From the NCBI RefSeq assembly GCF_009914755.1, contig NC_060932.1: a stretch of DNA of 64,000 nt. One strand, written 5' to 3'. The position numbers were made by a program, and so were the translations under genes. The notes below the pieces were generated by a model, which searched no databases, was not told the origin of the DNA, and was given only the letters and a program-made list of their open reading frames with translations. Shown one piece after another: positions 30,414 through 42,312 of the stretch. The stretch comes from the human T2T-CHM13v2.0 reference genome, Homo sapiens. The first letter of the stretch is position 1, and each line of letters opens with the position of its first letter.

Positions 30414-30748
30414 CCTTGAATTTTCTGGTAAATTAACAAATAATTTGAGATTTCCTTGGAAACATTTTACTGTTGCCCATTTCAATTTCGAAATAGGATT
30501 TTGCAACCATCTCTCACACACACATACACGTTTTTCTATCCCAATGATCCATCCATCTTCCCACCCAGCCCTTCCATTTTTCTAGTAAACCCTTGAATTT
30601 TTCTAGTAAATTCACAAATAATTTGAGATTTCCTTGGAAACATTTTACTGTTGCCCACTTCTATTTAGAAATAAGATATTGCAACCATCTGTCTTACACA
30701 CACACATACACGTTTTCTACCCCCCATGATCCCATCTTCCCGCCCAGG
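30414..30748. repeat. Diverged tandem duplication, about 177-bp period
   Basis: CCTTGAATTTT(T)CT(G/A)GTAAATT...CATCTTCCC(A/G)CCCAG starting at 30414 and 30591. Confidence 0.9.
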
Positions 30749-31979
30749 GTCCACTGTCCTCTCTGTCTCTTGCTGGCCACGCATCCCCCAGCTGCTCTCC
30801 TTTCATCCCACTGTCAGAGTCAGGAATCCACATGCAAAGCTGGTGACCGCAGCTCACTTTCTTCCCTTGCAGGTTTGCCTGAGGATAAGGTCCAGATTCC
30901 TTCTTTTTAAGACACACACCACCTCCTGACTGGCGCCCCTGATCTTGTGGGCCTCAGACCTGGGCGCGCACTGTCCTTGGCTGTCCCAGCTGCCCAGCGG
31001 CCTCATACCACGGCCGCCTTTGTATCTCCTCCTTGAGTCTTCTCTTCCTCCTCAGGTCCCACCATCCCCCATTGCATGCCCTAAGCAAAGATACTCGTTT
31101 TGTGTTTCCTTTTGATATCAAAACCATTTTGTATTTGTGTCATTTCATTTTAAATCTCCACAGACAATAGGTTAATGTTCTTGCTTGCTTGGTGAAGAGT
31201 GAACAGAATCCTCAAACTCTGCAACCATTCTACATATACACTCTAGTAACAACAAGCAAAACATCCACTCTTAGAATTAGTTTGAAAACTTGAGTGTAAG
31301 ATTATTAAATCCAGGGATATTCTATTTGGGAGGCTTTTGACCTAATGTTCTTGGTTCCCTGTCATGAGGAAACTCTGAAACATCATTTGAGGTCTCCAGA
31401 CAGAAAAGTGGCAAAACTGGGCTCTCCTCCCCCTCCTTTTAGAGTTGGGCTTGTGTGTGTGTGTGTGTGTTTATTCTGGAGATTTTGCTGCCTAAGCAGC
31501 TGTGTACTCAGCAGTACTTCATGGCAGAGGCTGAGCCTAAAGAGGGAAGGGCTGGGAGATGCGGATTTTGGGCAGCACTTTGTCCTCCTAAACCCCTCGC
31601 CAGAGCCTGGGGGGTAGGCACAGTACCCACAGTGAGAGGTGATGTTCACATGCCCTGTGACGTGGGAAGCAAGTTTTCTCCATATATTGATGCCAGATTT
31701 GAATTTCTAGAACCTAGAAAAGCCCATGCCAAAGCTACTTGCCATCTGTTGACTGTTTTTATAGTCTTAGCCTTTTCTTCACGTTCAGTGTAAGGCCCTA
31801 GAAATTGAGGCAAAAGCTAAAGGCCGAGGGAGGGAAGCCTGGCCTCTGGTGCCAATTTCCTAGTGGGTATTGTGACTTCTCTTATGGAGCACACTTCCCT
31901 TCACCTGCCCTGACCACATGGACGCCTGCCCACATAGGGTCTTTTAAGCACTTCCTGAAATGGATCTGTTCTGATCTAG

Positions 31980-32319
<340 letters not shown>

Positions 32320-33129
32320 TGAGTGACTTTCTGATACTGTATCTAGATAACTACCCGCTTTCCTACTTTCGCTAGTATAAGAGACTGAAAGTTCACTTTT
32401 GGCCACTATATAACTCCAAGATGTATTAGGAAATAAGTTTGTGGGCCTCAGCTGGTGGCATTCTAACATTAATAGTCCATGCCTCTCCTCCTGTGGATAG
32501 GTACACCCTACAGTAATTTGAGTGTACCAGAATGTCTGTGCTCTGGCAAATCCTATCCGCTTTGCTCTTCTTTGAGTGCAGCTGCATATTCTTTGCATTA
32601 ATTTTTTTCACATATATTTGAATATATGTTTTTCCACATATATTCATATCATTTTACCTCTTTGTGTGTTTCCCTTACCACTACTCCAAAATTTGATAAG
32701 GAAATGTGCTTTTCCCTTCAAAATGTTCCATTTATTTTCTACTGATAAAGTGGCTATTTCTCATCAATAGCAGGCATTTTAAATATATGTAAGTTTAAGG
32801 AGACTGCTGTAGTAACCTCATGTAAATTTCTTTGGGCATTTCATATGCAAAAGGTGTCACATTTTACACGAGTGTCTTTTAGAGGTCTTGTAGGGCACAT
32901 GTATATTTACCAGATGTCTGTGAGCGTGCAGCCTCATGGCACGTTATGCATACCTGACACTTGCACAGATTCCTGGAAGATGAGGAGCAAATACAGTGCA
33001 ACAGACGTTGTCAGGCCACGTCTGCATATATAGATATATACACAGCAAGAATAGTTACAGCAGCTTACAATGACAAAATGCTTCTCAGTGTGTATGTGTG
33101 TGTACCTCTGTCTCACCAGATTCTCACAC

Positions 33130-33600
33130 TGCCTTAGCTTGGGTTTCCCCAAAAGCAGAGCCTGAGACAAAGGCAGGCATGCAGGAAGTTTATTTAGGCA
33201 GTGGTCCCAGAGCGCAGCCATGCCGGACAGGCGCGGGAGGCAGGGGCGCCGCAGGGTGGTTCGCACACGTGGACTCAGGCGGCCACCGCCGCGCTGGCTG
33301 GTAAGAAGCCCCACAGGATCTCCCAAGGAGCCCTGGGACAGTGTCTCAGAACATCCACCTGGGGCAAGAATGGGGACTGCTGTCCCCAGGGGGCAGGTGG
33401 AGCCTAGTGGGCATTCATGACCCAGGTTTTGGAGCTGTGCTTGCGAGAGTGGCTCCCATGGGTGTCCCGAGGCAGCTTGGAGCCAACGTCCCTAGGCATG
33501 GCCTGGGGGTTTGTGGGAAGGCCTGAGGCAAGGCCTGTCTCTGAGATGTCCTGAAGAGCAAGTTGGGCCCAGAGGGTTAATTCCGAGCAGCACAAGAGGG
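33130..33600 (-). mobile_element. ERVL-type solo LTR (LTR16/LTR33-like), left-coordinate end clear, other end approximate
   Basis: TGCCTTAGCTTGGGTTTCCCCAAAAGCAGAGCCTGAGACAAAGG...AGTTTATTT is the reverse of a typical ERVL LTR 3' end with AATAAA. Confidence 0.6.
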
Positions 33601-34132
33601 TGAATTCTGAGCAGCACCAGAGGGTTTCCCTGACACAGCAGGGGATGCTTTGAGGCCCCTTTAATGAAGGAGAAAAATGAGGCTTAGAGAAAGTCAGTGC
33701 CCACCCCAAGTCTCATGGGCCCCAGGCTGTGGGCAGTGGCTAAAGACAGGCTAGTGGGTAACTCGGGGCCACGTGGAAGGGGAGCTTGTATTTATAGCCC
33801 CCAGTCAGCAGCGCTGGAGAGGAGAGGATAGGAAAAGCAGTGCTCTGAGAAAGACAATATTTCTAGTAGATTGGGGCAGGGCAGGCCTGGAGACAGGAAA
33901 CCAAAGCCAGGGTTGTCATGCAGGAGTGAGATGAGGTTGCAGCAGCAGAGCGAATGCGGAGACGCTCGGCAGGTCCTTGGTGGCCTCTGAGTTATTCTGC
34001 AGACTTCTGCCATTCGTCTATTTTTTGGGATACTTTGTTAAATTCTCAGCTTAGAAGATAGTAGTGATGTTTTCCCTACAGAGATAGAAGAAAATATAAA
34101 ACTATTTTCTTTTTAAAACTGTACTGAATGTA

Positions 34133-34455
<323 letters not shown>

Positions 34456-34703
34456 TTACAAATAGAAGCAGTTAAAATTTAGCTCTAGGAATGAGATTGA
34501 TGCATTTAGGCTACAATATACCAGGAACTTCCTTTTTAAATGAAACTAGAGCGTTCTTGCCTTTCTGAATTTAAGGCACACTGAAAGAAAAAATAATAAT
34601 AATGTAACAAAATGTCTCAGTGTTTTTCTATGCCAAATAGAATCTTATGTATATCTGTCTAGAGACATATATGCATACATTTGTCTACACATGTGAGGTA
34701 GGG

Positions 34704-34836
34704 GTGTGTGTGTGTGTGTGTGTATCTGTGTGTGTGTGTATGTATGTGTGTGTGTTGCAGTTCTCTAAGAAACAGACATTCCAAAACTTGTGTGTGTGTG
34801 TTTCAGTTCTCTAAGAAATAGACATTCCAAAGCTTG
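34704..34836. repeat. Interrupted (TG)n plus about 46-bp local duplication
   Basis: CAGTTCTCTAAGAAA(C/T)AGACATTCCAAA(A/G)CTTG twice, each preceded by (TG)n. Confidence 0.85.
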
Positions 34837-37444
34837 GTGGGCAATGGCGGGAGGCTTTAGACCCTGTAATATTGTCGGAGTGTCACTGTAAGAGGAACGC
34901 TAGCGCCTGGGTCACAGTGCTAGCTGGTAGCAGAGTACTAACTTAAACCCTGGTCTCCCAACACCCCATCCCGCACTCTCATCGCTGTACTGATATGCCT
35001 ATTCTTATCTTAAAAAAAAAAAAGTGCTGTCTGAGGAGCATTAACATTCTTACTTTTTCATTTTTGAAATGAAGTATAAAGATACTGATGGCCTTTTACG
35101 TCTCCTCTCTGCCCTGTTTTTGCTGTCTCTTTCTGTGTTACATGGGTTTGCCAAAATACTGGGTGGAGCTCTGTGGAGGAGGTAGCATGATCATCTCTGA
35201 AGTGGGCAGTTTTTTTCTTTTTCCAATAAACTGAATTTACTTGGTCACAATGACTATCCTAAATGGCTAGAAAAGGGAAAAGGCTAGCGAAACTTAGATG
35301 ATTTTCTAAATTTAGATAATTTTCTAGAAGACATTTTCCAGGCAAACTAGTTTTTGCTGTCCTTTATAAGGCCGGCAGGAAGCGTGTGTTGTTTCTGTTT
35401 TAAAAAGGGAGAGGAGCGGACTTGGGAATGCTGATGGGAATGCTTGAGAAATCTCACAGCAGGGCTGTGCGTGCCCTGCCGGGTCCCACTGCCTCTGGAC
35501 AGAAACCCCCGCAACTCCACCCCCAGCCAAGACTTTCTGCTTCTTTATCTCCTCTTTCTGCTAGCACCCAAAAAGTTGAAAGAATTCCAATGGATAGAAT
35601 TTTTGAGATAATATTGGAAGATGCTCAAAATACACAGGATTAATTTACACGAAGACTCAGCGGGAACACAAGCCATCTTCTGTACATGAAGATGCACTAC
35701 TGACCCGCCGTCCGCAAATGTGTTTGTACAGTTACTTTCTCAGTATGGGTGATGGCTCTCCAACGAACTGCTCCTCGTCTCCTGCCTGGACACCCTTCTC
35801 TCTGTGCTTTCCTGGGTTAGAGTAAATGGATGCAAACACACATTTCCGTGCTCTGCAGCAACTTGAGACTCCTGTGAGCAAAACGCACTGACGGGCAATG
35901 TGCGTGGGTCGTGGGGAGCATCCAGCTCCCATCTGCGGAATAAACCCGCCCAAACCATAGGGAAAAGCGCTGTCGTATAAGGCCAGGGGATTTTCAGAAA
36001 AGAAATGTGTTCTTTCCTCTTTGATTTTTGTGTTCATAAAGCTGTAGGTGCAGCTTTTTTTAATGTAATGATTTCATAACCGCTGAAGTTCGTGCTTTTC
36101 TGAACTATTTAGGAAGATAATCTACCCCTTGTATTGGATGAGATGATCTGTCCCTTCGACCTCTGGTTCAGTTCCCATTCTCCCAAGTATTTAAAGCTGC
36201 GAGTTTTTTCATATTTTCATATTTATTTACATAATTTAAACCCCCTGTGTGCATGGACTTTAAGGAGCTGTACATCTGCCTGGGCTTTGCAGAAGCTGAA
36301 AGGGCGCAATCTTTTTATAACTCACATTAGAAACACAGATTATTTAACGGGGCTATGTTTTGCACCTTAATCTTTAAAGTTGCAATATATTTTAAGCATT
36401 TTAACCTTGTTTTAGATCTGATCAGCAGTAGAATGTTTTCAGATAAGAAACAATGGAGCAAAAGCAAAACAATATTCAATACCTAGATGATGTGGCAAGA
36501 CAGAGAATAGTATAACTTTTTGTTTTCCAAATATAACTTTTATCTTCATCTCTTGATCTGAAATTTGGTAGGAAGTGTAACAAGTACGAATCAACATATT
36601 TACCATTTGCCATTTCAAATGTTGATAGTGAAGCTGGGACCTCTGTTTATTATGGAAGACCATAGAAAACCCCATAAACACGTTCTACTTCTGTCTGTGG
36701 CCAGCAGTCCAGCAAAAATGTTCTAAAAGCACATGCACTGTGTTCCGTGATGATTATAGTTTGACTGTGCTGGAAAGAGAGACTGTGAACTGCACATGGT
36801 GATTATGACTTTGGGCAAATCACTGAACTTGTAATTATGTCTTCCAAGACCTCCTAACCCAAAATAAGAGAGTATTTTACTACAAAATATATGTTACGTC
36901 AAACTGTTTTTTACAAAATACCAGCTCTAGGGATGTTTCCAAGTCATTTTCGGAGAGAGTTTGTCGAAGTTTTTTTCAGGGTGTGTCATTCATGTATTGG
37001 AGGGGGAGAGGGTTGAGTAAGAACCGACATGCACAACTTGGCCATGAAATGAAGCGCAAGCACATATTTTATTTCTATAGGATTCCTCATTCTAAAGTAA
37101 TTTTTACAGAAAATGGCACTCTAAGAAGGAATTCATTAAGATAAAGACACAGATACAGCATTTAGAGTTACACTTTGCCATAAAAGAGCCTCCCTTACCT
37201 CCTGACTTGAATCTATAACATCTGCTGAACTGTCGACATCAGGAAGACTCGAAATACGTTTTGAGGCCAATTATGTCATTTCAGATTGAACCTGCTAACA
37301 TCAGATTCTTTGGTCAGTAGTCTCACTAGTTTTGTTCTCACAATGGAATTATTATTTTGATTTTTAAATGTTGCTCCATGGAGACTGGTATGATGAGCTC
37401 ATGCTCTGCAGTTCCATTTTAACAAATAACATAATAGATCGCTG

Positions 37445-37780
37445 TCAAATGAATGCCATCACAGACATCATGTTGGGTCACAGAAGCCACACCCTAGGAG
37501 TGCTTACTAGATGATCCATTTCCATGAAGCTCAAGAATGGACCGAACTTACTAAAGGTGATAGAAGTCAGAATAATGTCTTCCGGGTGGGAGGGGTTTGA
37601 GGCTGTGAACTGAGCAGTGGCACGAGGGAGCCTTCTGGAGTGCTGAAAATGTTTCCTAGATCTTGACCTCGGTGCTGGTTACATGAGTGAATCCATATTT
37701 TTAAAAGTTATCAAGCTGTAAATTTCAGGTTAGTATACTTTATCCATTTCCTGTGTTTTATATCTCAAAAATTCTTTTAA
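37445..37780 (+). mobile_element. Old L1 (L1ME-like) 3' end
   Basis: GGTGATAGAAGTCAGAATA...CACGAGGGAGCCTTCTGGAGTGCTGAAAATGTT...GGTTACATG. Confidence 0.7.
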
Positions 37781-38587
37781 AAACTAAAAGACATTTAGAA
37801 ATGAAATGTTTGACAAGTTTTGTTGTGACACTATGACCCTAGTTACTATGGGTGGTTTTATTTGTCTCTGCAGTTTTCATCTGGGAGCACCTAAATCATG
37901 CCTAATGAAATGAACTTTGGAAAAGTAATTTTAAAGTAACTATCTTAGAGAACTGTGGATTAAACCATTCCAGCCATCTGATGAGGGTTAAAATGTATAT
38001 TCGTAATCTGACATTCCAAAACACGATTCTTTCCGGATCAAGCATAAAAGGCATTTGCTCTTGGAAGACCAAGAAAGAATTCATGTGGTTCCCATTAGTC
38101 TAAAAATAAATAATAAATAAATAAATGTCTGAGTCATGTATTGGATTTTGTTGGATTTCAGTGGCTTCAAGTATAGGAAGAAAATGATTTGTGCTATTAA
38201 TAATAGTTCTACCCATTGCCCATTGGAATAAATACAAGATTACTCTGAGAAAAGTGAAATCGATTGAATTTAGTTCTGCTTTGAGCTACTGCAATGCAAG
38301 TGTTTCTGACTTTTGAGACATAGTATAAAAAACTGAATAAAATAACTTTGTTCATATTGAATTGAGTTGGGGAAGTAGCGATATTTGTGACATTGGAAGC
38401 CATTGTCATTACAGATTCATCATTACAGTACAGATTTGAGAATCAAACACACCCGGTGTGAGTCCCAGTTCAGTTCCTTAGGAACTACTGGCTCAATACT
38501 TTCTAACATCACATTTCTGGTTGGTAAAACAGGTATATAAATACCTACTGTGCTATGCTAGTGTGAAAATTAAGTGGAATGAGTTAG

Positions 38588-39138
38588 CACAATTCCCAAA
38601 CTGTGTGCCAAGGCACCCTGGGTCCTTGCAGCAAACAAATTGGAGTAAGGGAGACAGTCTGAATATTCAAGGGCAACCCAGCAGTGTTCAATGACTGTCA
38701 GCCACTGGAAGAATTCATAGCTCAAAGCAGCTCACCGTTTCAACAGTATCAGCTTGTACCTCTGTAAAGCTAGGTTTTTGGTGGTTGCTGTTTGTGAAAA
38801 GCAAGTGCTACAGGAAAATTAGCATAGAGCGTAAAATGCAGGTGGCAGTGTCCAATTTGATTCCAAAGTTTGAGAAGCCAGGTGTGCCTAACTGGCAAAT
38901 ATATTCCATTCATACGTCACTGGGGTTACTTAAGAAAGAAAATAAAGGATCTTTTTTTTAAAACTCAATTTATATGTATATTGGTATTTTCAAATAGCTA
39001 CTAAATTGTCAGAACATAAATACTTAAATTATTTGGAGCTAACCGCTTAATACAAGCAACTGTTGGCCTAGAGATAAATAGAGAAAAAATAGTGAATCAC
39101 TAAGGGTCCCATGAGCTGAGAAAGTTTGAGAACAACTA
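38588..39138. mobile_element. hAT-Charlie-like DNA transposon fossil
   Basis: TTCCCAAACTGTGTGCCAAGGCACCCTGG start; GAAAGTTTGAGAACAACT end (imperfect TIRs). Confidence 0.55.
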
Positions 39139-41599
39139 GCCTAGAACCTTGCACTTGGTAGGATATAAACTCAACGTACCCTCTTCCTCCCCTTCCCCCA
39201 ATCCAGGTATTGCCTTTAATTGTAATCTCTATGATTTGATATGTTTATCGGAAAGCGAGTAAGTCAAAAAGAACTAATAAATTGTGTAAGACCTTCATTA
39301 AGATGTACCCTTCCGTGTTTTCCTAACTTCTGAAATCACTAGGAAAAACAGCCATGTTCCTTGCAAGCTGGCTGGTTAGTCCTGTCTTCTTTCAGGTGAA
39401 CAGCATTTATAACCACGGTGTACCTCGGAAGAAGCGTTCTCAGAGCAACATGCACGTGTTCCGTGTGTACCGTGGTTGCCTTCGGGCTAATGCGTTTTTG
39501 GAAGTGTAGATTGGTGCCAGTTTTACAAAACTCATGTGGCCTATTTCTGCTTGTAATTTATAGTTTGCCTCCTCACCATCCTCACTTGCTCTAAGGTGAA
39601 CTAGTTTTATACCATTAGATTATACAGAAAAGCCAAATTTACTTGCATGCCACAGCAATTCGGGAAGTAAACTTTCAGTGTGATTCTCCAAATGCTTGTG
39701 GTAAAAGTACAGAGACTTGAATCATTTTCCCATAATTAGTTTCAGTTCTGGAGGCCCGCCCCCTCTCTTTAACCCTCTTGCCTTGCATATGTGTCTCTTG
39801 CAATGGAAGCTAGTGGAAATTTCCTCTCCCCTTTCACTCCACTGCCATAAGTTATAAAAAGCATGCCATTCAGAACTGACGTTTTCTTCTGCATGCTTGA
39901 ATTTTTACTCAACAACTGGAAGGGGAAGAAGTTATTTCCAGAGATGTTTCTCTGTTTATCAAAGGGGCGCAGAGTCACAGTAGCACTTTGGACCACCGTA
40001 GAATGGCTGACTCACTTGCCTCATCAGTAGAGGGGCACATGTTCCTATCAAACAGTGAGTGCCTTTGAGTGACGGTGTGTGACACACAGCACAGCAGCAC
40101 CATTTCTCAGAGCTGCAGCAACACTGGTTCACACAAGTCACTAGAGATTCCCATCTCCACTGACTCACTCGGTGGGAACAAAAGCTCCCATGCCGGTGGG
40201 AATGCGGGGCCAGGGGAGCACCGGAAGAAGGGAGCCGTGGCAGAGGTTTTCCTATTGTTAGGTTTGTTTGTTTGTTTCAGTGAGTCATCTTACCCCCATT
40301 TTTTTTTTTTTTTTTAACCAAAACTCACTGTGGTTACTTCTCTAGTTTGGGTTATGACTCCTACGAGCCAGTTTAATTTTATCAGTGGCAGTGAATTCTT
40401 GAACGCTTCCCTCAGTTGTAGAAATTTAGTTTCACATTTAAGTGGTCCAAGTGCCAGCTTAAACTTTGTGGTTTAGTGTCTTTACTGAATCCCCCCTAGT
40501 GGAAGAACCTACATTGGAGTTTTGGCTGCTCTTTGGGATTCAAATTATGAGTAGTTGGTTCCACTGGAATCTTGGCCTTCTCCTGGAGTGGCTTGAGGCG
40601 GCACACTTTGACTTTAGAAGGCCAAAGTTAGAACCTACGTGAAGGCTTTGTCCAAAATGCCTTTCCTGCACCCTGGCATTTTCAGGTGGTGTGTGTAGAC
40701 CTGACAGGACTCTACTCGTGCGTCACTTCCCAGCTGTTGGTCCCCTGCCACTTAGATGCCTTTCATGGGCAAGTCCATGCTAGCCTAGGAAATTTCCCGA
40801 AAATGGCAGTGATAACTCAGAATTAGGATTTTGATCCTCATCTCAACCATTATCCCCAGTGGTCGCTAGCTCTCCTCTGCCCAGCTCGAGGAAAATGCTG
40901 GGTTTTTCATTGCAGCTTACTTGCATTTCAGTGGTCCCAGCAAGCACTCAAGAGGAAAGATCAGACCAGCCAAACTTGCAAGGCAGGCTGATGAGCCAAG
41001 GTACAGAAAGTACACCTGATGGATTTTTGTAATGATGGCCGTAAGTCATAGAAGGTGAAGCTTAATGCAATTTAGAAAGATTTGAAAAAAGGAAGAAAAG
41101 TCCTCGTGCTCACAGAAGCAAGCTCCCATTGGCAAAATTATTGTGTATAACAAGCATCTCTCTCTGATGATGCTGGAAAAAAAGAAGGTGCTATCAGGGA
41201 GGGAGGGAAGATTTGAAAGACCAGAGTGAGCAGCAGATAGGCCCTTGGGTCCTTCCTTTTATTCCCACCCTCTTTTCCATTGGCTGTTGATAAAGTTTCA
41301 TCACTTTTTAGCTGCCTGTTGTATTTCACTACCTCCTTGTTAACCTCTGGTTATAACCTGGGGGGAATTATGTTTAACCAGTACTTAATGAATCAATCTA
41401 TTCCTCAAAAGTTGGTTCTGGGCATCACGGAATAAACACCAAGACCACTCAGCGTATTTTCTGAAGAGTGGATTTCATTAGAAGGCAGGTTAGTCTTGGA
41501 ACTCAGTCAAAACAGCTTTCAGTCAGTCCAACTCCACAGATTTCAGAGATAGCAGTACAAGAAAAATGATACATGGGTTTGTACAGTTGAGTGTTGAAG

Positions 41600-42312
41600 T
41601 GTTGACTTCCATAAAAGAACACAAATGTCAATCTACAGCAGTACCATGGGTACGTAAATTGTGTTATACAGCGAAACACTGCACGGTGATGGAAAAGAAG
41701 AAACTTTAACATGCACAACAACATGGATCCATCACAGAAATAATAAAAGAGACCAAAAAGGAGTATGTACTGATTGTTCCAATTACATGACATTCAAAAC
41801 CTAGCAAAATTAACCCATGGTGGGTGACAGAGCAGAGTCAGGATTGGCGTTGAGAAGAGGGGGATATTGACGAGGAGGGGCCTGAGGAAGCCACGTGCAG
41901 GGTGGGAAGCCTTCTGTATCTTGAGCTGGGCAGTCATTACACAGGTGCGCACATATATGGATGAGGAGGGGCGTGAGGGAGCCGCGTGCAGGGCGGGAAG
42001 CCTTCTGCATCTTGAGCTGGGCGGTCGTTACACAGGTGCGCACAGATACAGACAAAGAGGGGCGTGAGGGAGCTGCCTGCAGGGGAAGAAGCCTTCCGTA
42101 TCGAGCTGGGCGGTCATTACACAGGTGCGCACAGATATGGATGAGGAGGGGCGTGAGGGAGCCACGTGCAGGGCAGCAAGTCCTCTATATCTTGAGCTGG
42201 GTGGTCATTGCACAGGTGCGCACAGATACAAAAATTTACCAAGTTGTACACTCAAGATTTGTGAATTTTATTCTGTGTAAGTTATATCTAAAAAAAGAAA
42301 AGAAAAGAAAAA
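41600..42312 (+). mobile_element. Old L1 (L1ME-like) 3' end containing an internal minisatellite
   Basis: CATGGATCCATCACAGAAATAAT...; ends AAGTTGTACACTCAAGATTTGTGAATTTTATTCTGTGTAAGTTATATCT plus A-rich tail. Confidence 0.7.
41869..42230. repeat. Minisatellite, 4 x about 91 bp
   Basis: Units start at about 41872, 41963, 42054 and 42143. Confidence 0.93.

Noticed and set aside
35361-35385. CCTTTATAAGG next to CAGGAAG as a serum response element
   Set aside because: Seven A/T bases rather than six; isolated motif without other support
40024-40038. CTCF-like TCAGTAGAGGGGCAC
   Set aside because: Extra G breaks the core spacing; much weaker than the 42629 site
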